A stretch of 64,000 nt of DNA from Chlorokybus atmophyticus (lineage: Eukaryota; Plantae; Mesostigma and Chlorokybus algae): positions 218,451 through 282,450 of the forward strand of contig RHPI01003642.1 in assembly GCA_009103225.1 (NCBI GenBank). Direction: 5' to 3'. Of this stretch, positions 1 through 13,900 are shown piece after piece (within the stretch, counting starts at the first letter, position 1; every line of letters begins with the position of its first letter). Under the pieces are notes generated by a model, which was not told where the DNA came from, did no database searches, and saw nothing but the letters and a program-made list of their open reading frames with translations. Position numbers and translations under genes: made by a program.

Positions 1-490
1 CTCAGCCACTTGTGCACCCACATGTTGATCGCCAGTGCCGCGTACATTGCAACTTACACGGTAGCAGTAACACCAAGCAAGCAAGCAAGCAAGCAACGCA
101 GCGCAATGTCACCAATGTCATACAGCTGTTCATAACAGCGTGCAAATGCGATAATCAGCTGCGCTTCGCCAAGCACACCGCTGCGCTGCACAGTGCAACA
201 CAGTCCCCAAAACGCACGCCAAGCACAACGCCGACACAAGGCGGTTACGAGCGACCAACTGTCGGTGCAGTGGCTTTGAATCGGACGACCAGCTGCGTTT
301 GACCGCGTCGCCAAAGCGATGCCTGTCGTGAGATGCTACAGAACCGTCATAACGGTCGACGGTGGTGGCACTGTCGGCGCATGAGCACCGTGCATGTGAG
401 CAGCTGCATTGCTGGGCTGGGTTGGGCGGTGGCGGTGGCGGTGGCGGGAGCGGCGGAGGCGGAGGCGGAGGAGGAGGTTAGCTGTCAGCG

Positions 491-2068
491 TTGGTGGAGT
501 TGGATTCGGTGGAGCTGCTTTTGAAGGATGCTACTTGCGTAAGCAAGCTGCTGGTGGCACGGCCAGGACGGTGCTTGCGGCAGGCCCAGGAAGCCGAGCA
601 GGCTGTTGTGTTTGCGTGCATGTTGTTGGGAGCGGCGGTGCTAGCTGCAGGCGCGTTCTCTTCCGTCATTGGGTGCATGCTGGCCCAGCCTGGCGTTCAA
701 GCGAGTGGTTGCAGCGTTGTAGGTGTATAGTCGTGTGCGTCCACAATGTCATCGGCGGCAGTTACGCCCGGAGCGCCGTCCGCGATGGGTCCGGAAGGAC
801 AGGACTGCGCTGCGCGTTGAAAGCCACTGTGTGTCCCTCAGCCTATCGTTCTTAAAACCGACCATCGCGGTAAGTCCCTTCCCTGTAGCTTCTCTAAGCC
901 TGGGGATTGCAACTGCTTTCATGCCGTGCTTGTGAAGCCCTGACTACTGCATTACACTGCATCCCAGCCAGTGTACTCACGGCTGCGCGACATGCAATTG
1001 ATCTATCTCACAATGGTGCTCACAGTTGCGGCTGTTACACATAGTGCAACTGATGTTGGATGAGCCGTTGAAGGAGGAGCTGGACATGCGTGTGCTCATA
1101 GCGCTGAGTTGTTACATCAACATGCGGGTTGAACGATATGAATGGCTGTCCTTCAGTGGTGTTGGGGTCAGTGTGGCCATTCCGTGAGCTGCTTGCATGC
1201 TGTATGATCTGATCGATTAATGTGTTGATGCCTGATGTGCAATCATCATCAACAGATGCAGGCGCAACCTGTTCCTGACCATCTACGACGACAAGTAGAG
1301 ACAAGCTGCCGCTTATTATCATTTGAAAAAACAGACCGGGTATGATGCTACACATGTCATCAACCGCACTGAAGCGGTTATATAGCAAGCAGCTGTATGA
1401 CGTACATCGTGTTATGCGCCAGTATCATGGTAGCATAAGCCTAGGTTTGGCTGTCGTTAAAGAGTGGTGAAACATGTGTGCTGTACAATGGTGCTGACAA
1501 CCTTGCTGTACAGGCAGTGTTGAAGTCAACACAGATGTTCACTATGTTCCCTGAGTTTGCCAAATACATTATTGGGGACCCACTCACGCAGGCTCCTGCA
1601 GTCAGCCAACCAGGTGATGAGCTATTACTATGAAGTGAAATGATAGACATGCACGCTGAACAGGTTGTCATGTGAACTGACGTTGTGGACGCAACCTGTA
1701 AGGTCTTTTCTCTGTTGCAGGGTTGGACTAATTGGCATACGTGACATTGCTAAACCAGCTGATGATGATGTGCACGCAACTAAACGAGGATGCCAATCTG
1801 CAGAACCATAATACATTGCCCATCAGATAGCCTTACTTTATGTAAGTGCTTCACTGCATTACCTGCATGTGTCATTGCAGCCATTATTGCAAACTGCTCG
1901 TGAGGTGGTCGCTGGCTGACAGTTGCTTAACTGCAGCAATTCCTTAATCTGACACGTGCGGAAACCAATGCCTTCAAGAAGCGAGTTGAAGAGCAGCAGT
2001 TTGAGAGCGTCAAACAGATCACGGAACAAGCGACAGCAACACCGGAGTTGAGTGACTTTCATCGGTAA
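491..2068 (+). CDS. Hypothetical multi-exon protein (5' end uncertain)
   Basis: Short exons joined at GT-AG give continuous protein-like sequence: ...RTALRVESHCVSLSLSFLKPTIA|LRLLHIVQLMLDEPLKEELDMRVLIALSCYINMRVERYEWLSF...|RCRRNLFLTIYDD|KPGMMLHMSSTALKRLYSKQLYD|VWLSLKSGETCVLYNGADN...|QFLNLTRAETNAFKKRVEEQQF...DFHR* (stop 2066-2068). No family recognised. Confidence 0.45.
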
Positions 2069-5000
2069 TGGTAAGGACTGTTAAGAAGAGTCATGCAGAC
2101 TGCACATCACGAAGCAAGCAAAGTCAAGATGGCGTCCTGTCGTTCTATTGTGCAGAGTATGTCGCATGCTTGTAACTGTTTGTGTCTGATGTGATTTTGT
2201 GCACTGGCAGGCTCCATAAAGTTACTTGGGACATTCGGAGTCGGTATCACAGTTTCCACCGCAATTGCTTCAGAGGCTTCAGCCAGTGGCAGATGTTGTT
2301 CAGCATGCACAAGCTGCACTTGCAAGTTGATGTGCCAAGTTTTGTTCCGCAAATGCCTATATTGTTTATTACAAAGTATCCTTTTGGGTGTGCGGTGTTA
2401 TTGCTAGCATCAAATCCTGCGCCATCTCAACCAATGAGCTGCTAGTCAAACCAAGCACTCAACCCACAGCAGTTGTGCAGGTGGAGGGGGTACAATCTGA
2501 GAATCTCAAGCGATCACAATCGTACACTTAATGCAATGTTCAACTGTCCATGCGTAGTACATGCAACCATGACACATGCATGGCTACATGCACCGCAGTG
2601 CATACTTTGTACACCTATAGCTGCCGCGCGCATATCAGTTTACATCCTATATAACATGACACAGGCGGCAACCACCATCATTGCGTGTACATAACCCATT
2701 TGCCTAGCAAACATTTGATACACCAGAGTTGAAGTAGGCAAACAACAAGGCAAGCAACATACACAGCAGTGCCTAGTTTTGGCAACCACATGCACAGGTT
2801 AAAATTGCAAGGGCCGGTAAAACAAGCAGACACAACACAAATTTTACTAAGCTTCAAGCAATGACCTACACGACGGCACTTGATTTGTCGTCCATGCAGC
2901 TTCCGCAGCGGCTCGCCATGCTCCTGCTTGATTATGCTTACAGCACATTTGCAGATATCATGATTATCAATGCCTGTATAATCAACGAGGTGGGTAGTAC
3001 AGTAGTACATAATTGAGCATTGCTGGCATATCACTGCACGTAAGTTGGTGAGGGTCATTATGGACAGCGTGTTACAATGTGACCCTGCAACATCTGCATA
3101 TGGCTACGGCCGTTGAGATTTATGTACAAACACATGATTTATTGTATACTCTATTATACAGTAATTATACAGTAATTAATAATCATATAGGCTTAACGTT
3201 GAGCTTAGGTAATGACTAGCCTAACACTCAGCTAGGCTACTAGTATGGAAGTTGAGGTTGCTGTGTATCGGAATGTTTGCCTCTGAATACAGAGGTAAAT
3301 ATTACATAGGGTATCCATTATGGTCATCCCCAGTTAAACACACATGCTCAGTGTGCAAATATATAGCATACAAGAACAAGCAAGCATGAACAAGCAGACA
3401 CAGTCATTACACCCGGGCCTTCACCTCATCTTCACCCCACTAAATGCCTTACGTGCTATGCAAGTGTCGTGCAGCAGGAGGCAGCAGCAGCTACCAACGG
3501 CATAACCAAACCAGTGAATCACAAGTTTTATGCTGTGTTTTTTGCGCTAATTACCAACCAATTCTTAATGTCTGCCTCATGCCACTTTTGCACACATATG
3601 GCACTTCGTTCGAAAAGTTTATACAAAAACTTGTAATTGGATTTAATTCATAGGCTAGAAGGCCCCAAGAGTGATCGTTGTATTGCCCTACATGCTGTAC
3701 TCTGATCCACAATGTGACGCGTTTAGTTATATTGTGGGCCCCTCTATTTTACCCTATCATATACCGGTTTGCATGCTCATGACCATCGGAATGTTCAAGT
3801 TATGCATGTACGCATGCTTGGGGGTGAGGGATTAAACCAAACAATGAATTGGTTGACCATCGCTTTGGTAGCGAAGGTTGATTACAGCGCTTGTCCTTCA
3901 CTACATGGGAATGGTCAACAACCAGGTCAATAATGAGCCTTTATTAATCATTATGCAACATTAAAAGGCATTGTCAAGCGTGCACATAAAATTTCATGAG
4001 CTTAGAGCTTAGAGCAGCACTGACTCAACCTTCTATCCCCCCCCCCGCCCCCGCCGTTCCTCGCTGCCGCTACGGCCACCAAGGCGTTAAGGGCGGGAGC
4101 TCAGTTGTACCTCAAAGTTGGAACCCAATGACGGCTGACATCAAGCTTAGTGTCTGCGGCGGGTGCCTTGCTTGTAGCTGTAGCGGAGTGGCGGAGTGGT
4201 GTTCTATTTGCGACAAGCTTAGGGCGAGGCGGAGGGCACAATACGAGGATTGCTGCTTGTAAATGGTGGCTGGGGATTGCGCATGCCTGTCATGGCGTGC
4301 GGGCATATTGTGCATGCTACATGTAATCCCCGTTAATGTGGAATAGGCTAAGAAGGGCTTGTGAAGCATTAATAAGCAATACACACAACCTCTCATGGTA
4401 GCGACTTTTGCTATCATGGCCTAGTCGGCTAAGCCCCGCGTTACACACTACAGGTTGGTTCTAGTGCTGCTGGTACCTGCTTCTCACCTCCGCCAGCTTC
4501 CTTCATGCATGCAGTTAACTATAGCACATAGGCGATTGCTGCATCTACCTTTGCAAAGTTGGTTGCCGTTGTTTGTGGTGTAGGCGAGTGCATGCTGCAC
4601 ATGTAATGCTGCAATTCCATCGCCCAGCCTTTACCCCGAAAGGTACCGCTATGCCATCTGCTACCGTTGTTGGTGTTGTCGTAGAAGTTGTAAGTGTTGT
4701 CGTTCATGCAATTGTTAGAGTCCATACATCACTTACGCATACGGCCTTTACCATGTAGGCGGCATACTGCAGTATTGAGGCAGTTTCGTGCCGTGATCCA
4801 ACACAATGCATGTAGCTGCAAGTACCAGTAGCATGCCGCGAAATGTACACAACAAAGCAATAATGGTTGACACTGGAAGCGCATACCGGCGCTACTATAC
4901 ACCAACTAGACCGCTGGACTCTTAGCACTTGGACCCTAGCAGAGGACATGCAGAGGCGGATAGGCAGGCAGGCAAGGACTCGCCACCTGCACGGCAGGAG

Positions 5001-6033
5001 GCGAGGCATGTAGGCTGGGGTGTACCAGTTTTTGTCCAGGTCTCTGTGTGTCAGTGTATGATGGCGGCGTCCTGGAAGCAGACAGCGAGCGCCATCACTA
5101 GAGGCGCTGGTTGTGCCATCTCAAAGGGGCACATCATTATTGACGTTGGCAATGTTCGTAGTATTGCTGTGCAGCCTCTTTCGTACACTCCCCTTTGCTT
5201 ACGCCGGAGCGTAGCATCCACAGGTCGTCATGAGTTGGAAAGAGAGGTGGCACCTTTGTTAAGCTGGCGGGCTTGGTGACAGCGGCTTCATTTGCGCGTC
5301 CAGTTTACATGAGGCCTGTGAGCACCCGTGAGGACATGATCAACCCTGATGACAAACACACACAACTTGATAAACTGAATTGGTAGTGTGCATGTGAGTG
5401 TTGGTGTGCATGTGGCATATGTATGCGTGTGTCTCACACAGCACTTCACATACCCTATACACATTGGAAGCAGAACTGCGTGAAAAGGATGCTACATTTG
5501 CTCGCTTGCAAATGATGGTGGCGAAGTCTAAGGCCCATACTTACTGTACACAACTGTAACTTACTGTTACTCTCTGCTTTCGTAAGTTTGTGCACGCTGC
5601 TTGCAACAGTGACCAGGTGCTTACGCTGTTTGAGCACTACTACGCAGAGTGATCAAGTGCTTGCCAAGACTATTGCAATCCAAACATTATCAAGCGATGT
5701 CTATAGAAGAGAAGCGGCGAGCACTAGACAAAGAGTTGAGAGCCATGTGTGGGGAGTGTAAGACTCGGTCAGAGTGTGGGCAGATGGGGTCTCCTACAGA
5801 TATGGGCAGTTAGTCTTCCGTTGCATGGTAGATGCATTGATGTTGTGAAGGTGAAACGCTCACTGTCAAGATCATGGAAGAATCTGGTTGTCAGGTAGCA
5901 GTGCTGAGTATGGCCATGCTTAGCACTAAATGTACGGGTTCCAAACCAGTTAGGAATGCCCAAATGCCGGAATCCACTTCGAGGCCAATGTGGCCAGCTA
6001 TACACAGCACTGCTATCACCTATTACAAACTAA

Positions 6034-7596
6034 TTACATACTGTTGCTAAGAAATGACAAGAATGCGATTTCTTCCACTACAGCACCAAGAGCGCTATTC
6101 ACCCTATTCTGCAGCCACTGCTTCAATGGGGCGGTCTCTGCTGAAGTCGACTTGCGGTCCGTGTCCAACATGTCATTGGACATCTTGATGTAGTCACCCA
6201 GATTGTGAGCGCTTTGAGCACCTGCGCTGGCTGGTGGTCAACTCATGGTACCCTTACATCGGGCCAGCAATCCACCTTAACTCAAGTACTCACCACGTCC
6301 CCTAATGCAATCGCCGGGTGGAGGCGGCGCAATCCACGAGCCGTCTCGGTTGCGCATGTGCCGCCTATCAGAGGCAAAGGCGTCCCTAAACGAAGGCGCT
6401 GCAACAATGCGATACAACCTGTGCACAACAGCGCAACAGTAAAGCTCACGCTATGCTCTCAATTACATCCATGCACACAAGCCAGCAACATGTTGCAACT
6501 GTGCGTGCCTTCTCTTTGGAAATGGCAGGTCCAACCGCAAGGCTTGCCGCTGGTACTCTTTGATTGAGACGGGAAAGTCGAGTGTGGTGTCTAAGTCCCA
6601 CACTAGCGCACCGTGCTGTACGCTAGTCTGTACAACAGAAGCATTTGAGTACCGAGACCTGTGCCAAGCGGGTCTGCTGCTGTGCATGACGCTCACTTGC
6701 ACGCATATGACATGGTAGTCCCACAAACACAAGCCTCCATCTGCTGCTTTGCCCGCCTTTTGTCGCCAAAGGGCAATCTGCATGTGGTCACATGGTGTGG
6801 TGCGGTCAGCGTGCATACCAGTCCTCAAGCAAAGCCCTGGGCTGATACTTGGCAACATTCAGCATGACGCACACAACACCACGTTTGTAGTGTTATGTTT
6901 GTTATGCCTCTTGTGTGGGGTACTAGCGTGAGCTTAGCTTACATGCTGGCGCTGGTTGGAGATGAAGACGACCAACAAGTCAGACAGGTCCTCGCGTGCG
7001 ATCTTGGCGGCTGCTAACCGCTCGCAAAGCCGGTAAACGTTCTCCTCACTGGTATGGGATTGCACACATGCAGCATTATCACGAAGCAGCACATAATGCA
7101 AGCAAGTTGAAAGCAGAAGTTGAGCCAGAAGCAAACACAGCCACTGTGCAGGCATTCTAACATCAACAGACGCAGTACACATACATCAATTGACACGACA
7201 GGCACACATGGCCATGCATGCGTTGCTGATGCTCCTACACCAGCTCGAGCTGGCAGTTAACAGCCTTCAGCCAGTAGATCAGCTTGGCGATCTTGCATCA
7301 AGGCCTGTTTCCTATCTGTTTTCAAATACTTGGCTTCATGACAAGCTGATCTGTCATCTTGGACCGGTTGATTTTGGCAGAGCAAATGAGACGCATGCAT
7401 GTCCACTACTCCTTACATCCGTTTTTCTGCAAACGATTGCTCACCAGTAACAGGCCGTGTAGGCGCAGGCCTCCTTTCTTAAAGCAGCGACAGTAGTAGC
7501 AGCAGCAGAAGTAGAAGTAGCCCCTCCTCGTGCTACCAGCAGCTCCTCCTCAGCCGTATGCTCTTCAGCCTTAACCGCCGGCGCCGCCACAGACAT
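6034..7596 (-). CDS. NTAQ1: Protein N-terminal glutamine amidohydrolase (Nt-Q amidase)
   Basis: Spliced motifs YTACY(C)|EENVYRLC, VVFISN, LWRQKAG...LWDYHVI (WDYHV signature), WDLDTTLDFP, FASDRRHMR, WIAPPP. ATG at 7596, stop at 6034. Confidence 0.92.
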
Positions 7597-7668
7597 GCCA
7601 CTGCACTTGTCTCGGCGCTGTGAGTGTGAGCGTGAGTGACATTTGGGTTGGCATTTGTTGGGTCACTC

Positions 7669-10600
7669 ATGGCGGCGGCGGCGGCGGCGGCGGCGCCGTC
7701 GGAGTGGTTGGCAGAGCCTGGGGGCTTTTGCTTTGGCGTTCCCCCCAGGACAAGGCGGAAGAGTAGACAGCTGTTGTCCAGGCGGGCGGTCGTCAGGGCA
7801 AGCGCCGCAGCATCTCAAGAGCCAGGGCAAGGCAGTGATGAGGTTGCCAGACGTGCCGTCGTGGTCGGCGGCGGCTGGGCGGGGTTTGGCGCCGCTCACC
7901 AGCTGTTTAAGCATGGCTTCCAGGTCCGTTGCCACAGCTTCAAATGCACGCTTTCTGCAAGTGGCAGAGCTTTGTCAAACCCTCGTACATGCTTCCGCCA
8001 AATGCAGGTGACGCTTGTTGACGCCGCAGATAACCCTGGCGGTCTGTCCAGTGGCTTTCGCACCGCCAATGGCCGCCCGGTTGAAGCTGGCATCAAGGGC
8101 TTCTGGTGAGCATTCACAGAAGGCATGAGCATCACTGGTCGCATGCGGCATTGCTGTGCATGCGTTTGTGCTGCCATGCAGTGTGGTGGTTGTTGACCAA
8201 AACCAGTGCATGAATATGTGCTGTTCTTGGGATGCAGGTACCAGTATCACAACATCTATGCGCTGATGGACGAGCTGCAGCTTGTGCGTAACCGACAGCG
8301 TATGCCACGCAGCATATGAAAGAGTGCTCGCATCTGAAAGGCATGTCGTAGCGCTGCAGCGCAGCTGCCAGCCATCAAACTAACTCGTATCTCATGCGTT
8401 GCCTTTATGCAGGAGCCGTTTACAGATTGGACTCGAAGCACGTTCTATTCGCCTCGCGGCATAGTGGTGGAATCACCAATCTTCCAGGAGCTCCCCCGTT
8501 TGCCAGCACCGCTGGGGAATCTGGTGTACACAAACCCATACTTCAGGCATGGGCATTGCTGTTGGCCCTCCCTCAGACCTTTGCTTAATACATGCCAGGC
8601 ATATAGGTCATGTTGTTGTTTGCACAGAAATCTCCCGCTGCTTGACCGCCTCAGCGCCTTGCCTCTGCTGCGAGCGCTGCTGGAGTTTGATGTGGTACGC
8701 TACGCACTGTGCTTTCTGTGCACATTGCACATATAGCAACATGTATAGAAGACAATGTCATGTGTACATGTACAGTGCAGGATGAGGCAACGTACAACCT
8801 GTATGACAAAATGACAGCACGCGAGTTGTTCAGAACTGCCGGCGTCTCCAAACGGCTCTATGACGACTTCCTGCAACCAATCCTGCTCGTGACTCTGTTT
8901 GCACCCGCTGAGAAACTTTCAGGTGCGACTATTCACCATGCTTACAATACCACAACTGCTTGCACAACCATTAGGTGTTTGCAGAAAGTCTTTGCGGTTC
9001 GACTGCCTTGGTTTCTGCTCTGAAGTTTAATCCATGTGTGTGGTTGTCACAGCTTCCGCTGCACTCGGAGCTCTCTACTACTACGTGCTCGCGCATCAAG
9101 CGGACTTTGATGTTAGGTGGTGCAAAGGCTCAGTAGCAGAACGCATTTTCACGCCATGGGTCAACAAGCTGCGGGCTCAGGGTGCACAGATTACCGGCGG
9201 CAGGTTGGTTGAGAAAGTCAGCTGCAACGATGCTGGGCTCGTGTCAAGTGTGACCACAGGTAGTGGCCAAGTTTTGGGGTTGTCAATATGATCGTGCAGC
9301 GTATGTGCCGTTGTGTATTTTGCACATGACAAGGTGGGTTGCGCAGTTGACAAGGGCGGAGAAAAAGAAACCATACCAGCTGATGTTGTCGTGTTCGCTG
9401 TTGGCGTCAATGCGATGCAGGTGACTTGCAAGTGTTGCGTCGCTATTGTGTGAGTCATCGAGCGCATGCTTCAATCCTGCGGCTGAGCCACTTGGCGAGG
9501 AGCTAGCAAACACTGGCATGCAATATTTTAGGCGGATGTGATTTCTCAATCATCCACACCTGTGCATCAGTCACTACCTGGGGACATCGCAACCGCCAAC
9601 ATGTCAACACAGACACTTGTGCTATGCAGAAAGTACTAAGCCAGAGTCTGTGCCTGCAGAAAATTGTTGCTGCATCACCTTTGCTGGCGGGGCGCAAAGA
9701 CTTCACAGCCTTTGCAAATCTGGGCGCTGTTGATGTGCTGGCAGTGCGTTTGTGGCTTGACAGATACGTGACAGTGAAGAACCCTTCCAACGTGTTTGCC
9801 AAGTTTGATTCTACAACTGGTGGCACATTCTTCGACCTCACTGTGCTGCAGCAGGAGGTGAGGTGTGGACGCAATGCAGACTAGGTTGCTCCATTGGAGG
9901 AGATTTGTTCATTCTGAGCGGCATGCCTACAGGAAGGCTTGGCAGCAGCGGTGCCCTCTGGTGGGACTGTTGATGAATTTGGACAAGGGTCGGTAGTGGA
10001 GGTTGACTTCTACCATGCGTCCCAGCTTCTCCCGTTGTCCAACGATACCCTTGTCCAGCTGGTCAGCAGTTGACACTTGTCAGAGCATGCTGACTGTTAC
10101 GCAGCACCTTGTGATCAACATCTGCATCAGTACCCATATCCACATGTCACTCTGTGCTATTTCTCCAGTGTTTGCACAAGTATCTGGCTGGCTGCGAGCC
10201 TGCATACGCCGCCTGCAAGGTGCTCGACAGCAGTGTGTTGCGCTTCAAGGGTGCGGTGACGCTGTTTGGTCCAGGTTCCCACCAGCACATGCCAACCACG
10301 CAGACAAGCATCCTCAATGTGTTCATCGCCGGTGACTGGCTCAAGCAAGGCCCCGGGTCTCATGGTGCACGCGGGTTGTCACAGGTCAGTGATGTGCTTG
10401 CAAAGATGCATATAGTTGTTACTGTGCAGTTGGCCTGTGCGGCCTAATTCAGTCAAGAATACTTACCCAGGCGCATACTGTACACAGGAAAAGGCATATG
10501 TCACAGGTTTGCAAGCAGCAAATGCAGCAGCCGGTTGGCTACCCACACAGCCCCGGCACTATGACATGTTGCCAGTTCCCATCCTTCCTGTAGAGCAGGA

Positions 10601-10694
10601 TGAAGTCCAATTTCAAGTTGGCAAGTCTTTGTTCAGAGCAACAAGGCAAACCCTTCAACAGTTAGGACTTGGCAGCGTTTTCATTGGACCATGA
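7669..10694 (+). CDS. Probably plastid-targeted FAD-dependent oxidoreductase, PDS/ZDS-like amine oxidase family
   Basis: Ala/Arg/Ser-rich transit-like N-terminus; Rossmann motif VVVGGGWAGFGAA; EAGIKGFWYQY; FDVRWCKGSV; FIAGDW; QEKAYVTGL; about 12 exons. Confidence 0.85.
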
Positions 10695-10973
10695 TATATA
10701 ACTCGCGAAACCGTTCTGCTTTGTGTATGGCTCATTTTGGTCTGCACCTGAGCTTGCATTGTGTCCACCAGTGTTCTTGGTCGTACTTGGAAATCATCTG
10801 CAATGGCAGTAATTGTTGCCATCATGCTTTAGCTGACTGTTTAGCATTATCATCCTGTCTCAGATGGGGGCACAACAGAATTCCGTAGTGCTTGTGACTT
10901 GCGTCGTGTGCAATCATTATTTCTCAAAAGCTATTTCGCAAGAGCTGTACAGAGCTTGGGCTTATGTGCACAA

Positions 10974-13900
10974 TCAGCCCGCACTGGGGCGGGTTTTGTT
11001 GTAAGCGCTGAGCAAAGCTATGGCGCAGATGGATGCCGCAAAGGCCTTGGTGGGAACCTCCTTGAAACCCTTGGATCCCGAGTCGTACTTGTGAAACTTG
11101 CTCACCATCTGCGCCTCGATGGTGGAGGGACCAGCTCCACATAGCCTCTTGACCTGCATGTGTGAGAAGGTGAGCACAGACGTTGTGTGAAGTGCATGAG
11201 TGACTTGCACAGAACCTGTACACACCTCTGCGCGTTCCACATTAAGAGAGTACAGCCCCTTGAAGATGGTGCTTCTGTCGTTCTTGAACAGCACGACAAA
11301 GTTGTCACTTGCACACTGGTCGAGTACTTGAAGCACCTGCGCAGTATGCAAGGCGCGGGGTCAGGGGGCTTGCACCATGGTAAGCAACAGACGCATGGCT
11401 CAGTGTTCTCGATTGGCATGGGCGCACCTGAGTGTTGTCCTCCTTCTTGGCAACACCAGCCAGGCACACCGTGTTGAGCGCATTGCGGACAAGTTTGCGG
11501 TTGGACATGCGCACGGGTGGTGCATACAGCACCAGCCCGCTGCCGCCGTTGTTTGCATTACCATTGCTGCCCCCGCTGGGTGGGGCAGTCGCAAGAGACG
11601 ACAGTGGAGCTTGCTGTTCTGCTTGCTGTTCGTCCTCCTGCTGCTGTTGTTGGCTATGCGTTGGTTGTTGCACTTCTGCATGTTGAAGTTGTTGTCTTGG
11701 TGCTTCTACTGGTCGTCGTTCAGGTGCCTCTGCAGGAGGTGGAATGGAAGGCTGCTGCTGCTGCTGCTGTTGTTGTTCAAGTGAAGCACGCTTCGGTCGT
11801 TCCAAACCTGATACTCTCCTCTTTGTTGATGATGGCGGTAGGCCGTCGCGCCTGGCCTTGATCACCTCCTCCTCCGTCGCCTTCTGTTGTCGCGCCAGCA
11901 GAAACCTCTCCCTCTTCTTGTCCAACTCCACCTGAGGATAACACAGCAACCCTCAGCAAATATCACACCTTCAGACTCAGGCTCAGCTAGTATTACGACT
12001 GTTGCTCACTTGAACGCGGGTCTGGCGGACTTTCCAGGCATCTTCCGAGTTATTAGCCTCGCCATCACCATCCTCGCCCTCGACATCATCTCCAACATGG
12101 TCCGGATTGTTGCTGACTTCAAACGCCGCGCCTCGGCTTGTGACAGTAATGGGCGTGATGATGTCGGCGCCGTTGTCTCTGCTGGCAAACAATAGGTGCG
12201 CGCGACGATGCTGCGGGACATTGGCTCTGATGCTAACTTCCTCTTCTTCGTCGCTATCATCCGCATCTTGACGATATCGCTCCGCGCTCAAAGCAATCGT
12301 GAAGCCACCACCTTTGCTACCATTGCTTCCGCTGCCGAGGAGGTAGCCTCTGTAGGCGCCGGCGTTGGCAATGAGGATGCTGCCACTGCACGAAGCCAAT
12401 GACGGAGTAGCCGCATCCACTCCATTGTCATGGTCATCACGGATAACACTGTCTCTTGGCGACGAGAACTCCACCTCATCTGGAGCATTGAGAGACTCCT
12501 CATTTAGAACAGCACTTTGCTCTCGCGCACTTTGCGAACAGCGTAACTGCGTGTGACTGCTGCTGCGCCTTGCATCACTTTGAGAGCTTATGGATAAGTG
12601 CTCCCGTGTTGTTGTGGTGCTGTCGTCTGCGGTTGCTGTGATGCATTCCATTGCAGGGGAGACAGCAATTTCGCAGCTTTCAGCATTCCTGCTACGCGTG
12701 CGGCTCTTATGCAGTGTCATGCTACGCCTTGCTATGGACCCGTCACCCAGAACGGTGGCGGACAGGCGTGCCCCATGTGTGAAGTGTGTGCTTGAGATCA
12801 GCTCGGCTTCGCTGTGAGTCTCGATGCTGTTGCAGTGGCTCTCGCGCGCACTCCCAGCGCAATCATTGGCCTCGTCTAGTTCTGCATGGCTTCTGTCAAA
12901 AGTGCTCTCCTCGGCACCAACACCGACGCCAACATCTTGGTGTGTAATGCTGCCCTGCCCTTTGCTTGATGGGCTTCCAACCTAAGACGAGATTACACTT
13001 CAAATGAGAGTTGGTTCCTTCAAACACAAACAAGTATATGCTCAACTTGACCCACCTGAACTCCCAGTTCTGCACTCTCCCTGCGTCGTACTCGGCGGTG
13101 TTTGCGTTGATACCGATCAGCAACCTCCACAACATCATTGTTGTCCTCCTCTTCCTCTTCCTCTTCCTCTTGTTCCCACTCAAGCCATGCATTGACGCTG
13201 AACCGCGCCCTGTCCGCGATGCCCGGCCGCAGCGCCCGCATCGCAACCGACTCGCTCATAGCCTTGCTGTTGATGTGGTGCGGCTTTTGTTTGTTGTGCT
13301 TCGCTGCTTGCGGGGTTGTCGAAGATGTTGTTAACAAGGACGAGGATGAAGACGATATTATTGCAGAGGCTCGCACGGAGCGCTCTGCTGTTATGGCGCC
13401 TTGGGTGGAGACCGTTGGTGAGGTTGCACCTGTCCGCGTCTTTGTTGTTGGGCTGTTTGTGCTTGTGCGTGCGGGTGTCTTGGGTTTTGTTGCTCTTGTT
13501 GTTGTTGTTGCTATTGCACTCATACCAACAGCACTTGTCTTATATGCTGCATGCCCATTCGCATCCACGCTTGTGGTTGCGGCAGAGTTGGAGGAGGACC
13601 TCAGTGATGATCTGGTCGTTGTCAATGGCATGGATGTTGATGTCCTCATCGTGGGCGTCGCCGACATTGGAGGAGGCACTGGCAGCAGCGGTGGCAACAC
13701 AAATACGGGACCTTCGGGCGCAATGTGTTGTTGTTGTCTCGTAGCAGCAGACCCAATCTTGTTGCCCTTCAGCAGACTCAGCTTGCTAGTTGCATAACCT
13801 CCCCCAACCACACCAGCAGCGGCAGCAGAAGAAGCAGAAGCTTGGTCACCGCCATCGTTACTCTTCCGAACAACACCGTTTCCTGTTTGCTCTGCAGCAC

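Noticed and set aside
2107-3070. Minus-strand ORFs with a MYND-like CQQCSIMYYC
   Set aside because: The other MYND ligands are missing and no coherent gene model emerges; at best a decayed remnant.
3217-3244. TAGCCTA..TAGGCTA hairpin followed by CTAGT as a Helitron end
   Set aside because: The stem is short and there is no spacer before CTAG.
4450-6030. Protein-like fragments in several frames
   Set aside because: Riddled with stops, with no recognisable family or consistent splicing.
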